Assembly (NCBI GenBank): GCA_964402785.1 | Contig: CAYODQ010000003.1 | Coordinates: 9,034 to 73,033 of the forward strand | Source of the DNA: an uncultured Planctomycetia bacterium | GTDB lineage: Bacteria > Omnitrophota > Gorgyraeia > 2-02-FULL-51-18 | Length of the DNA stretch: 64,000 bases | Direction of reading: 5' to 3' | Shown: one piece after another, positions 18,920 to 28,747 of the stretch | How positions within the stretch are numbered: position 1 is the stretch's first letter | How the letters are laid out: the number at the start of each line of letters is the position of its first letter | Made by a program: the position numbers and the translations under genes | Notes under the pieces: generated by a model | Databases searched by the model: none | What the model saw: only the letters and a program-made list of their open reading frames with translations | Told to the model about the DNA's origin: nothing

Positions 18920-19156
18920 ATGAGCGAAGCATCGGATAAGCACGAGCAATTCCTTAAAAAAGTGAATTTGTGGGTGGCAGTTCTCGCGGGACTGACCACA
19001 CTTATCGTCGGCGCCTACAATGTCAAAAACATCTTCTTCAAAAAAGAGCCCGAGCCTGTAAAAGTCGTCCAAAAAGACTCCTCCAGCGCCATCCGCGAAG
19101 CCGTAGAGGAAGTCGGCGCATCGTGGATCAAGGAACTAGCGGCCAAAAATAAATAA
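18920..19156 (+). CDS. Small single-pass membrane protein
   Basis: Extended -10 (tgctataat) and RBS ggagga upstream. One TM helix (LWVAVLAGLTTLIVGAY). Confidence 0.5.
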   Translation: MSEASDKHEQFLKKVNLWVAVLAGLTTLIVGAYNVKNIFFKKEPEPVKVVQKDSSSAIREAVEEVGASWIKELAAKNK

Positions 19157-19166
19157 AAACCCGGGA

Positions 19167-19913
19167 GTGCATATGCAATTAGGGATGTTTCCTCCCGTGT
19201 ATCATACGATCTTTGAGTCTATCGCTTATTTCATTGGATTCAGATCTTTTTTAATGTTGCGAAAAAAAAGTGATCCGATCGAAGCCTCCCAAAGAAATTG
19301 GGTGACCGCAGGAGGCGTGCTGGGAGCGGCCATCGGCTCCAAACTGATCACCTGGCTCGATGACCCTTCTCTCTTTGTTCAAAATTTGTCTAATATTCAA
19401 ATGTTGCTCGCCGGCAAGGGGATCGTCGGAGCGCTCACCGGCGGCTGGCTGGGTGTGGAGATCACCAAAAAGCTCATCGGTTTGCGCGAAGCCACAGGCG
19501 ATCTTTTTGTGTTTCCGCTCATCATCGGTATTGTGATCGGAAGGATAGGTTGTTTTGTCACCGGATTCTATGATCACACCTACGGCACGCCGACACAGCT
19601 GCCTTGGGGATTTGATTTCGGTGATGGGATACTACGCCATCCGGCTCAACTCTACGAGATCCTATTTCTGGGCGGACTTTTTATTTTCATACGCGCTCGC
19701 ATGCGATCCGCCTACGTCCAAGGAGATATTTTTAGATTCTTCATGATCGGCTATTTGTCTTTTCGGTTCATGGTCGAGTTCATCAAACCTACGCCTCATA
19801 TTTATTGGGGGCTGGATACGGTACAGGTCATCGCACTCGTTTGCTTCTGGGTATGTCGCAGATCATTTCAACCCATGTTCACCTTTACGCCTCAAACCAA
19901 GAGAGCCATATGA
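19167..19913 (+). CDS. Lgt-like prolipoprotein diacylglyceryl transferase homologue (short, divergent)
   Basis: Lgt signature blocks GRIGCFVTG (cf. GRLGNFINGE), HPAQLYE (cf. HPSQLYE) and FRFMVEFIKP (cf. FRIIVEFFRQP). It is 248 aa against ~290 for the canonical enzyme. Confidence 0.7.
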   Translation: MHMQLGMFPPVYHTIFESIAYFIGFRSFLMLRKKSDPIEASQRNWVTAGGVLGAAIGSKLITWLDDPSLFVQNLSNIQMLLAGKGIVGALTGGWLGVEITKKLIGLREATGDLFVFPLIIGIVIGRIGCFVTGFYDHTYGTPTQLPWGFDFGDGILRHPAQLYEILFLGGLFIFIRARMRSAYVQGDIFRFFMIGYLSFRFMVEFIKPTPHIYWGLDTVQVIALVCFWVCRRSFQPMFTFTPQTKRAI

Positions 19914-21301
19914 ACATCGCCGAGAGGCCTTATATTTTTTACGAGCTCACCAACAGCCTCTGCAGCCGCTGCCTCAAAAAAGTCGAGGCTAAGATCATCT
20001 TTGAGAACGAAAACGTCTATCTTCTTAAGAACTGTTTGGAACACAAGATCGAGAAAGTGCTCATCTCGACCGACATTGAATATTACAAGAAATGCCGCGC
20101 GTTCTTGAAGCCCGCCCAGCTGCCCAAGCGCTTCAACACCGCCACTGTGCATGGTTGTCCCTACGATTGTGGGCTGTGCCCCGATCACGAGCAGCATAGC
20201 TGCTTGACACTCATAGAGGTCACGGACCGCTGTAATCTCGAGTGCCCTATTTGCTACGCGGGCTCGTCTCCCTCAAGCGGCCGTCATCGGACACTGGATG
20301 AGATCGAATTCATGATGGATGAGCTTGTGAAAAACGAAGGCGAGCCGGATATTGTTCAGCTGAGCGGCGGTGAGCCGACTATCCATCCTCAATTTTTTGA
20401 GATCATGGATCTTGCAAAGCGAAAGCCCATCCGGCATCTCATGGTCAACTCCAATGGCGTGAAGATCTCCCAAGATCGCGAGTTCTGTAAAAAACTGGCT
20501 GGTTATATGCCGGGATTTGAAGTGTATCTTCAATTCGATAGTTTAGAGAAAAATCCTCTCGAAGAAATACGCGGGCTGGATCTGCGCTCGGTGCGGCTCA
20601 AAGCACTTGAACATCTGAATGAATTCAATATTTCTACCAATTTGGTGGTCACCGTCAAAAAAGGCCTCAATGACAAGGAGATCGGGAAGCTGATCGAGTT
20701 CGCGCTCAAACAGCGCTGTGTGCGCGGCATCACTTTTCAGCCCATACAGGCGGCCGGGCGGCTCGAGCAATTTGACCCGGCCAAAGATCGGCTGACCCTG
20801 GCGGAGGTGCGCCAGCAAATATTAAAACAATCTAAGGTTTTTAAACCCGAAGACATCATCCCCGTCCCCTGTCATCCCGATTGTATCGCCATGGCGTACG
20901 CACTCAAGATGGACGGAAAAGTGATCCCGCTCACGGGACTTATGGATCCGCAGGTTCTGCTCAAAGATTACCGAAATACCATTCTTTACGAACAGCAACC
21001 CAATATCAAATCCAAGGTATTTAGTTTATTTTCTCTGAATCATTCACCCAAGTCGACATCGCATGCGGTGCATGATCTCTTGTGTTGCCTGCCCAAGGTC
21101 AGCACCGACCAGAACCTGTCATATGATAATATTTTTAGGCTGACGATCATGGAATTCCTGGATCCTTATAATTTTGACGTGCGCTCGGTCAAGCGTGCTT
21201 GTGTCCACATCGCGCATCCGGATGGCAGAATAATTCCATTCGACACTTATAATATTTTTTATCGCGACAACAAAATCAACGTGACTTCACTGGCCCAATA
21301 A
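19910..21301 (+). CDS. Radical SAM enzyme with extra N-terminal Cys clusters (Cx2C...CxxH; CPYDCGLC; then CNLECPIC)
   Basis: Canonical CX3CX2C (CNLECPIC) plus GGEP. A second upstream CX3CX2C (CPYDCGLCPDH). A zinc-ribbon-like CSRC...NCLEH. C-terminal Cys (PCHPDC, LLCC). Its start ATG overlaps the Lgt stop (ATGA). Confidence 0.75.
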   Translation: MNIAERPYIFYELTNSLCSRCLKKVEAKIIFENENVYLLKNCLEHKIEKVLISTDIEYYKKCRAFLKPAQLPKRFNTATVHGCPYDCGLCPDHEQHSCLTLIEVTDRCNLECPICYAGSSPSSGRHRTLDEIEFMMDELVKNEGEPDIVQLSGGEPTIHPQFFEIMDLAKRKPIRHLMVNSNGVKISQDREFCKKLAGYMPGFEVYLQFDSLEKNPLEEIRGLDLRSVRLKALEHLNEFNISTNLVVTVKKGLNDKEIGKLIEFALKQRCVRGITFQPIQAAGRLEQFDPAKDRLTLAEVRQQILKQSKVFKPEDIIPVPCHPDCIAMAYALKMDGKVIPLTGLMDPQVLLKDYRNTILYEQQPNIKSKVFSLFSLNHSPKSTSHAVHDLLCCLPKVSTDQNLSYDNIFRLTIMEFLDPYNFDVRSVKRACVHIAHPDGRIIPFDTYNIFYRDNKINVTSLAQ

Positions 21302-21313
21302 AAGCAGAAAAGG

Positions 21314-21727
21314 ATGATTATGGATAGCAGATGGATAAATGACCTGTTTACACGCTCAATATTACTGATCCCTGTTGCTATCGGATTTGGTTATGCATTT
21401 ATCTTGAGCAAGTTACCGGCCAAAAAGGAAGCCGGTGATGGCAAAGAAGTTAAAAGGGGTATCCTTTTGGTGCTCATGGGCCACATCACCGTCTTTGGCT
21501 TTTTTGCCCTCAGCAGCAGAGGCAATGAATTCATCCGCTCCATTACAGAGGCCATCAAAGCCTATTCAGCCTTTATTTTTCTAGCACAGCTGGCATACGT
21601 GATCCCCTTGCTTATCGCAGCCGCAGCCAAAGGCCGAGGCGGCATCATCAAAGGCGCCTTGATAGCCTCCAGCCTGACATTTTTATTATCCGTTGTTTCA
21701 TGTTTCGGACTTGGTGCTCTGAGATAA
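21314..21727 (+). CDS. Small 4-TM membrane protein
   Basis: Hydrophobic 137 aa, directly downstream in the same orientation. Confidence 0.5.
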   Translation: MIMDSRWINDLFTRSILLIPVAIGFGYAFILSKLPAKKEAGDGKEVKRGILLVLMGHITVFGFFALSSRGNEFIRSITEAIKAYSAFIFLAQLAYVIPLLIAAAAKGRGGIIKGALIASSLTFLLSVVSCFGLGALR

Positions 21728-21774
21728 ATCCAAAATGAATGGTATAATCAGCCTCTTCTGGAGGCTCTATCAAA

Positions 21775-22044
21775 GTGCATAAAATATTGCGCATCGTATT
21801 TCTGGTGGTGGCCTTATGCGCTTGTGTCCAGTCCCTGGGCATTGATGAGGCCTTTTGCTGTGATTCTGCCGGCGAAAGCGGCTGCCGAGATTGCGCCGCC
21901 TGTTCTCATCATCCATTGGCAGCATCAGAGATGTCCGGGGTAACACCAGAAGCTATTTCCGGCGATCGTCTTTTTGCGAAGTATTCTTTTCAGTATTCAC
22001 AATTTGTCCCTCTGCAGATCCTCCGCCCTCCGATTCACGCCTAA
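21775..22044 (+). CDS. Small secreted Cys-rich protein (possible metal-binding)
   Basis: GTG start with a GGAGG RBS, a signal-peptide-like N-terminus, and a CCDSAGESGCRDCAACSHH cluster. Sits upstream of the OMP-znuA-znuB genes. Confidence 0.35.
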   Translation: MHKILRIVFLVVALCACVQSLGIDEAFCCDSAGESGCRDCAACSHHPLAASEMSGVTPEAISGDRLFAKYSFQYSQFVPLQILRPPIHA

Positions 22045-22095
22045 AATTTTATTCCGTTTTATTTGATTCGTTATTCTTAATTCAAGGAGTCTCTA

Positions 22096-23273
22096 TGAAA
22101 CTGTTGTTTATTGGGCTGATGCTATTACTTGGGACGTCGTCACCAGCGAAAGCCGAGCCGGATCTGGCATCCCAAGTGGAAGATCTAAAAAAGATCGTCT
22201 CGGAGCTGCAACAAACAGTCGTGCGACAGCAAACCGAGATCGATGCCCTCAAGTCGAAGCAACCTGCCATCGAGCCTGTCGCGGCAACTCCATCAGCCGC
22301 GGTGGGGCCGCCAGGATCCGCCACTCGTGGGCGCTGGAATCCAGACATTGGTGTCATTGCCGACACGGTGCTCAAGTTGGATAGCGCCAAAACCGACACA
22401 GGTGGATCGGATCGTATCAGTGTCCGTGAACTGGAGCTGGTGATGGGCAGCGCTGTGGATCCGTATTCGCGCTTTGATGCGAGTATCGGCTTCACGGATC
22501 TGGAGGAGGTTGAGTTGTCTGAAGCGTATCTTACGCGGTACGGCTTGCCGCTGGGAGCTACGGCGCGTATCGGGCGATTTAATCTTAAGGCCGGAAAATC
22601 ACTGGCTGCACACCGGGATATCATCGAAACTGTGGACTATCCACTCGTGATCCGGCGCTATTTTGGCGAAGATGGTTTGCATAAAACCGGCCTCGATCTG
22701 ACGGCGCCTCTGGATCTGCCTGTAGACTCTGCACACGAGATCGTTGTGGGTGTCACCGAAGGCGGCAGCGGTGAAGGCGGCCTCGCGTTCGGAGATACCC
22801 GCAGACGACCCACGTTTTACAGTCATCTGCGGAATTTCTGGGATGTGAATGATGTGACCACTTTTGAGCTGGGAGCTACCCATATGGCGGGCTCGGAGGA
22901 TGCGGATAGCGCCTTTGAAACCAACATCGGAGGGCTGGACGGGACATTTCTTTATTTGTATGGCCCGGATCAGCGGCTCAAACTTCAAAGCGAGTTGTTT
23001 TATTTGAACAATGACGAAGCGCCCGATGAAACGCTGTGGGGAATGTACACGATAGCCGATGTGCGTTTTCACAAGCAGTGGTCCACTGGTTTTCGGTATG
23101 ACCATGTCGATGACGACAATGGTTACACCGGATACGTGACCTTTCACCAGACGGAATTTGCTCGATGGCGCCTTCAGGCGACCCACACCGATATTGCAGA
23201 CGGAGAAGATGATAACCAGATCATGGTTCAAGGCATCTTCTCCATCGGCGAACACAAACATAAACTAGCATGA
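22096..23273 (+). CDS. Outer-membrane beta-barrel protein with N-terminal coiled coil (porin-like)
   Basis: RBS aaggag. Signal peptide MKLLFIGLMLLLGTSSPAKA, then a coiled-coil segment and alternating beta-strand patterns. The start was chosen at 22096, not the ORF-track extension at 21891. Confidence 0.6.
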
Positions 23274-24256
23274 GGAAAAAAATGAAAAATACGATCCGAT
23301 TATTGCTGATCCTGGGTATCTTGTGCAGCCCCGGCGAAACAGCTTATACACATGAAGGCCATGGACGTGAAGAAGTGCCGGCATACGAGGGACCCGTCCA
23401 AGCCATCAGTGGAAGAAAATTAAAAATCGTCGCCACGACCACGACATTTGCCAGCCTCGTACGAGCTATCGGCGGAGATGCGGTGGAAGTCAAAGCGATT
23501 TCACTTCCGAAATTCAACACGCATTTCTTTCAGCCAAAATTCAGTGATGTGCGGAATGTCCAAAAAGCGGATCTTTTTGTGCAAGCCGGACTGGATCATG
23601 AGCTATGGACAGAAGCCATCCTGGAAGCCGCCGGAAAACCCGATCTTTTCCGCGGAGCCGAGGGCAATATCCCGATGTCGGACGGGATCAAGCTTCTGGA
23701 TGTGCCGACAGGCCCTCTCTCGAGAGCCGAAGGTGATGTGCATATTTTTGGCAATCCACATATTTGGATGAGCCCTGAAAATGCGCGCATTATGGCGCTT
23801 AATTTGCTGGAGCGGCTCAAAAAACACAACCCCGAAAATGCGGCCTTGTATGAAGCCAATGCAAAAGCGTTTCTTGCTGAGCTGGATCAAAAAATTCCCA
23901 TGTGGAAACAAAAGGCAGCTGGCACCAGCGGTAAAGAAGTGGTTTCCTATCACAAAGATATCGCATACTTTGCGGATTTTCTCGGGATCAAGGCGCTGCG
24001 TTTTTATGAGCCCAAGCCCGGGATACCGCCCAGCCCGAAAGAGCTGATCTCGCTGGAAAAATACATCAAAGAAAATAGTATTAAAGCCTTGGTGCAGCCG
24101 GTTTATTACTCGCGCGAAGCCACGGATGCGCTAGCCAAACGGGCGGGCGCCAAAGTGTATATCATCTGTCAAAATGCCGGGGAGATCCCGGGAACGGATG
24201 ACTACATCAGTTTATTCGACTACAACGTAAACACTATCAGCGAGGCCTTGAAATAA
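23270..24256 (+). CDS. znuA: Metal (Zn/Mn) ABC transporter substrate-binding protein, ZnuA/TroA family
   Basis: Cluster-9 SBP features (HIWMSPENA, YHKDIAYFADFLGI) and a signal peptide. Confidence 0.8.
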   Translation: MRKKMKNTIRLLLILGILCSPGETAYTHEGHGREEVPAYEGPVQAISGRKLKIVATTTTFASLVRAIGGDAVEVKAISLPKFNTHFFQPKFSDVRNVQKADLFVQAGLDHELWTEAILEAAGKPDLFRGAEGNIPMSDGIKLLDVPTGPLSRAEGDVHIFGNPHIWMSPENARIMALNLLERLKKHNPENAALYEANAKAFLAELDQKIPMWKQKAAGTSGKEVVSYHKDIAYFADFLGIKALRFYEPKPGIPPSPKELISLEKYIKENSIKALVQPVYYSREATDALAKRAGAKVYIICQNAGEIPGTDDYISLFDYNVNTISEALK

Positions 24257-25072
24257 ATGACCGACTTTATCCAATTTATGATGTATCCGTTTTTGGCTTG
24301 TTTGATCTTGACCGGCATCCACACGTATCTGGGACAGCATGTGATCGAAAGACAGGTTATCTTCGTTGACCTGTCGCTTGCTCAAATCGCAGCCCTCGGG
24401 GCGAGCATTGCGCTGGTTCTGGGGCATGAGCTCAGCAGTCCTTTGTCATACTGGCTTTCTTTGGCCTTTACCATCATCGGTGCGCTGGTTTTCGCCTTTA
24501 GTCGATTCAAGAAACAGCTCATCCCGCAGGAAGCTGTGATCGGTGCGTCTTACGCAGTATCTGCGGCTTTGCTGATCCTGGTCTTAAGCCTTGCAGACGA
24601 GGGTGACGAGCATATTCGTGAAGCGCTGATCGGAAAACTACTGTTGGTCACGGACATGGAAGTATTGAAAATGTTTTTGATCTATGCCGCTATCGGTTTA
24701 TTTCACTATATTTTTCGGAAGAAATTCTTTCTGATATCCAAAGATCATGAAGAAGCCTCCAAGCACCTTAACGTGCGTCTGTGGGATTTTTTGTTCTACG
24801 TTTCCTTTGGCATCGTGGTCACAAGCTCGGTGAAAGTAGCTGGCGTCTTGTTGGTTTTTTCGTTTTTGGTGATCCCGGCATCCTGCTCGCTTATTTTTGC
24901 CCGCACGATCAAATCGCGGCTCATCGTCGGATGGGCGATCGGATTCTTGGCGAGTGCGGCTGGTATGGCGGCTTCGTACGTGTGGGATTTACCAACAGCT
25001 CCCACGGTCATATGTCTTCTGGGAGCGGTATTGTACGGTTCGATCTTTCTTAAACGCGGACATTCTCAATAA
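24257..25072 (+). CDS. znuB: Metal ABC transporter permease, ZnuB family
   Basis: ABC-3 family 8-TM pattern. No ATPase gene follows. Confidence 0.75.
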   Translation: MTDFIQFMMYPFLACLILTGIHTYLGQHVIERQVIFVDLSLAQIAALGASIALVLGHELSSPLSYWLSLAFTIIGALVFAFSRFKKQLIPQEAVIGASYAVSAALLILVLSLADEGDEHIREALIGKLLLVTDMEVLKMFLIYAAIGLFHYIFRKKFFLISKDHEEASKHLNVRLWDFLFYVSFGIVVTSSVKVAGVLLVFSFLVIPASCSLIFARTIKSRLIVGWAIGFLASAAGMAASYVWDLPTAPTVICLLGAVLYGSIFLKRGHSQ

Positions 25073-25102
25073 ACTGAGTCTGCACGGCGGTATGACGAGA
25101 TC

Positions 25103-26176
25103 TCACTTTGCTTTTTTATGGGTAAAAGCCGTCATGCCGCCGTCCAAAACTTGAACCTGTTTAAATCCAGCCTGCAATAAAATCTGCGCGGCTGTGTGAG
25201 CGCGTCCACCGGAGCGGCAAATCGTCACGATGGGCATATTCTTTTTCGCTTCCAAGTCATTCAATCTTTTGGATAATTGCGCCACGGGTATATTCAATAC
25301 CCCTTCGATGGATCCTAGCTCGCCTATCAGTTCGTCCGGGTCACGCACATCCAACAAAAATGGCGTTTTATTTTTGGCGATCTTGTCTTGTAAGTCCGCA
25401 CAGCTTATTTTGGTCACCATGATATCGTTGGCCCCAAGACTCATCGTGCCTTTGACTTCACACGCTGGCACATCCACTGGTATCCATGCCGCTTTGGGGT
25501 CGCGGGCACAGGAATAATTCGCCTTGAGCACATCTTTCATCCAATCCGCAGGCCCTAGCTTTAAATCTTGGATATAACGGATAAATTCTTCTTTGCTGCG
25601 AGCCTTAAGATGCGGGTTGGATACTTTTTGATGTTCGAGGCTGGACGGCACTCGGTGACGGTATTCATGTGCAGGATATACGACCAATGACCCCGGAAGA
25701 GATAAGATCTTTTGCAAACTGTCCCAATGTTCGGCAGGATCGCCGCCCGGCAGGTCATCGCGACCCGCCCCTCCGTCATCGAGAAACAGCGCATCCCCTG
25801 TCAAGATGCGATCCGAAAGCACTAAACTAATGGAATCTTTAGTATGCCCAGGGGTTTCAAGCACTTTCACCGGCACGTCCGCCAAACGTATCTTGTCACC
25901 GTCATGCAGGCGTATCGTGGGACATGCAGCAGCCGCTTTTGCCTGCATCAAATATTCGCAGTGGGTTTTGTCTTTGAGCGCCGCTGATCCCGAAATATGG
26001 TCGGCGTGTGTATGAGTGTCGACGATCTGCTTTAATTTTAAATTTTCCTTTTCGAGCATCTCTGCATAATCCTGCACATGGTCAAGTACAGGGTCTATGA
26101 TGGCGGCTTCGCGGGATCTTTCGTCTGCGATCAAATAAGTCCAGCAAGAATGAGGATTGAGCTGTCGAAATATCAT
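25103..26176 (-). CDS. Persulfide dioxygenase (MBL-fold, ETHE1/Blh-like) fused to a C-terminal rhodanese domain
   Basis: HTHADH metallo-beta-lactamase motif. The C-terminal rhodanese has the active Cys in CRSGGRA. Confidence 0.8.
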   Translation of the reverse strand: MIFRQLNPHSCWTYLIADERSREAAIIDPVLDHVQDYAEMLEKENLKLKQIVDTHTHADHISGSAALKDKTHCEYLMQAKAAAACPTIRLHDGDKIRLADVPVKVLETPGHTKDSISLVLSDRILTGDALFLDDGGAGRDDLPGGDPAEHWDSLQKILSLPGSLVVYPAHEYRHRVPSSLEHQKVSNPHLKARSKEEFIRYIQDLKLGPADWMKDVLKANYSCARDPKAAWIPVDVPACEVKGTMSLGANDIMVTKISCADLQDKIAKNKTPFLLDVRDPDELIGELGSIEGVLNIPVAQLSKRLNDLEAKKNMPIVTICRSGGRAHTAAQILLQAGFKQVQVLDGGMTAFTHKKAK

Positions 26177-26194
26177 GAGTCCCCTCCTAGTTTT

Positions 26195-26941
26195 TTACAT
26201 CCATGTTTGCAACCCTACACACAACCCGGTGACGATGATCAGTAGGGCAAAAAGTTTAGCCAGTCGGGCCGAATCGATCTTATTCGAAAAATAAGATGAG
26301 AGTGCAGTCCCTGTCAGCATCGCCATTGCCATCAGCGCTAGATCAGTCGTCGAGATCGTCATTTGAGTATGATGAAAAAAGAAAGAAACGAGTGAATTGA
26401 TGCTGATGATCGCAAGCGATGTACCGATCGCTGCCTGCATTGAGCATTTGAGCAGAAATGCTAACACCGGTACGATCATAAAACCCCCTCCCACACCCAA
26501 AAAACCGGTCAATGCGCCCACAACAAAACCAGCCAAAAGACTAATATAGATGTTAGGCTTACAAATTCCGGTAACCAAGGTCGAGCAGCGCGAGACATTG
26601 CGTATCATATATACACCGATCAAGATCATGATACCGGCAAACGAACTCATGAGAAATTCATTGGATACTTGGTGTGTCCACTGCGAACCCAACGCTGATC
26701 CAGCAATACCCGATAGTGAAAAAAGCCCCACCAGATATGGCCGCACATCACCTTTTTTCCAATACCGAACACCTGCCCACGCACTGGTCAAAGATACCAA
26801 TAATAAAGAACCTGCAATAGCGTCTTTGGGAACCATGTGCGCTGCATAAACCAAAACCGGCACCGCCAATACCGATCCGCCGCCGCCAATGAGGCCAAGC
26901 GATAGACCCACCATCGCTAATAAAGCGATAGTCAGTACCAT
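26195..26941 (-). CDS. TauE/SafE-family sulfite/anion exporter
   Basis: Polytopic membrane protein with two repeated 4-TM halves, typical of TauE. Confidence 0.7.
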   Translation of the reverse strand: MVLTIALLAMVGLSLGLIGGGGSVLAVPVLVYAAHMVPKDAIAGSLLLVSLTSAWAGVRYWKKGDVRPYLVGLFSLSGIAGSALGSQWTHQVSNEFLMSSFAGIMILIGVYMIRNVSRCSTLVTGICKPNIYISLLAGFVVGALTGFLGVGGGFMIVPVLAFLLKCSMQAAIGTSLAIISINSLVSFFFHHTQMTISTTDLALMAMAMLTGTALSSYFSNKIDSARLAKLFALLIIVTGLCVGLQTWM

Positions 26942-27462
26942 TATTGGTTCCAGGGCATCTTAGCTAGCACCATAGCCATGCCACAAGTGTTTGTGACAGC
27001 TGAGAAAATTAGCCCCGCAGCCACAAAAGCTGACAAGCCAATCCAGTAGGGATGCACGATGTAAGCTAGCACGATCCCCATTCCCACCAGAGTTCCTGCC
27101 GCACAGCGCACTTGGCGCTCCAGCGACCAGACCCGGGTCGAACCCTTGATAACGGGTTTGCCTGCAGACGCCCACGCACCCAAACCGCCCTCGATGACAC
27201 GCACATCCTTAAATCCAAACTTTTCCAATTTATCTGCCGCCTGGCAAGCCCGGTTACCGCTTCGGCACAACATGTACGTCGTCTTGGAGCGATCCAGTGC
27301 CGCAACTGCACTCTCAGTTAAACCGCTCAACGGGTAAAGCGCAAATCCCTCCACTCGCTCCGAGGCATACTCCGGCTTTTCTCGGACATCCAACATCTGT
27401 GCCGGCTTATCTTGGGACGCCTCGATCACAAACTGATCCACGCTGATCTTTTTCATCGTCAT
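26941..27462 (-). CDS. Rhodanese domain + DUF2892 membrane protein (YgaP-like)
   Basis: Rhodanese with the active Cys in LCRSGNRA and a C-terminal 2-TM hydrophobic domain. Confidence 0.7.
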   Translation of the reverse strand: MTMKKISVDQFVIEASQDKPAQMLDVREKPEYASERVEGFALYPLSGLTESAVAALDRSKTTYMLCRSGNRACQAADKLEKFGFKDVRVIEGGLGAWASAGKPVIKGSTRVWSLERQVRCAAGTLVGMGIVLAYIVHPYWIGLSAFVAAGLIFSAVTNTCGMAMVLAKMPWNQ

Positions 27463-27767
27463 TTCCCTCCATGCTGTCTAAGACAATTCAATACATTGAT
27501 CACATTACGGTAAGCGATCGTGTAGTACCGAAAGGTACCATCCCCCTTGCTCCGCACGATATGTTTGGATTTGAGTATGGCAAGATGTTTGGACATCGGT
27601 ACTTGTGCCAGACCCAGCTCCCGCATGAGCTCACTGACAGTCTTGGACTTCTTTTCCAAAGCCTCAACAATTCTCAGGCGATCTTTATGTGAGATCGCTT
27701 TGAGTATGACCGCTGCTTTTTGTATAGTCACCAGATCTATCTTTTTCATCATGTCTTCCTCGATCAA
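27459..27767 (-). CDS. ArsR/SmtB-family regulator (BigR/CstR-like sulfide-responsive repressor candidate)
   Basis: Winged HTH (LRIVEALEKKSKTVSELMRELGLAQVPMSKHLAILK). First gene of the sulfur operon. Confidence 0.75.
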   Translation of the reverse strand: MIEEDMMKKIDLVTIQKAAVILKAISHKDRLRIVEALEKKSKTVSELMRELGLAQVPMSKHLAILKSKHIVRSKGDGTFRYYTIAYRNVINVLNCLRQHGGK

Positions 27768-27770
27768 TAC

Positions 27771-27804
27771 TATATACCATTATATACCATTTTTGGTATA
27801 TATA
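27771..27804. promoter_or_regulatory. Operator candidate: TATATACCA-tttt-TGGTATATA perfect 9-4-9 inverted repeat plus a third direct copy of tatataccat
   Basis: Seen directly, immediately upstream of the ArsR-family gene start. Confidence 0.6.
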
Positions 27805-27823
27805 AATCAAAAAATGGGTGCTG

Positions 27824-28747
27824 TCAAGAGCCCCATCGGCCCAACACTTTTCGAGCCACCTGATATTTGAATTGATCCAGCCACAAGCCCGCTTTTGACG
27901 GCCAACGTCTGGCGAAGAAGTTCAGTCGCTGGTTGATCGTGCTGCCGAAAAACTGCTCGGCATGCCCCTTATGATTAAAATCAAAGCCCCATTTATTCTT
28001 GAGATAATCCAGGTTCGCCATGATCACTTTCATATCCCATTTCCATCGGAATATCTCAATGTCCTCGACGTCGGTCAGGCGCTCAGGATAATACAAATAG
28101 GCCTGCGACTTGGGCTCGAACATGATCTTACAGCCGTATTTGGCCAATGACAGCCCGGAATCGATCTCATTGAACTCCCGGATATTTTCGTCGTAAATAG
28201 GATATTTTCTTGCCGTCTCGGTAACCACTAGCTGACAGTGCACTTCTATATAATCACTTTCTTTGCGCTTAAGCTCGGTACTCTGAGCTACGCGATGATG
28301 CGCAAAGCGTATTTCCATGGTGATATATTTTTCTTTGCCATCGTCTGTATAAAAAAAGTCGCCTCCGGCGGTGTGTACCAGATTTTGTCTATCCAAAACC
28401 AGATTACCCACCATATCAGCGCCTGTTTCGATCTGACACTGCACCAAAGGCTCGTACCAGCCCGGGCGGACGTATACATCCGTATCGAGAAAAATGGTCA
28501 AACGTGTTTGAGACTCTTTGAGAGCCAAATTACGCGCTTGGGCAGTGTTGAGAAAATCAGGCTTTAGAATAAACTTCGCTTTGTGGCCAAACTCTTTCTT
28601 CAACTCCTGCTCCACCTTGGGCGGAACATGCCCCATGACGACCATCAAGTCGTACGGCTCGGGCGTGTGTTTGATCACATTACGCAGACACTTGGCCGCC
28701 GTCGAGAAACGATCGCGGGCGGTCATGACGATAGTTGTTTTTTCCAT
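27824..28747 (-). CDS. Glycosyltransferase (GT-A fold, GT2-like)
   Basis: N-terminal TIVMTARDRF and a DTD (DxD) motif. Confidence 0.55.
   Translation of the reverse strand: MEKTTIVMTARDRFSTAAKCLRNVIKHTPEPYDLMVVMGHVPPKVEQELKKEFGHKAKFILKPDFLNTAQARNLALKESQTRLTIFLDTDVYVRPGWYEPLVQCQIETGADMVGNLVLDRQNLVHTAGGDFFYTDDGKEKYITMEIRFAHHRVAQSTELKRKESDYIEVHCQLVVTETARKYPIYDENIREFNEIDSGLSLAKYGCKIMFEPKSQAYLYYPERLTDVEDIEIFRWKWDMKVIMANLDYLKNKWGFDFNHKGHAEQFFGSTINQRLNFFARRWPSKAGLWLDQFKYQVARKVLGRWGS

Noticed and set aside
21891-22095. Upstream extension of the OMP ORF
   Set aside because: A signal peptide and an AAGGAG RBS support the ATG at 22096. The extension is Ser/Arg-rich and overlaps the Cys-rich small ORF.
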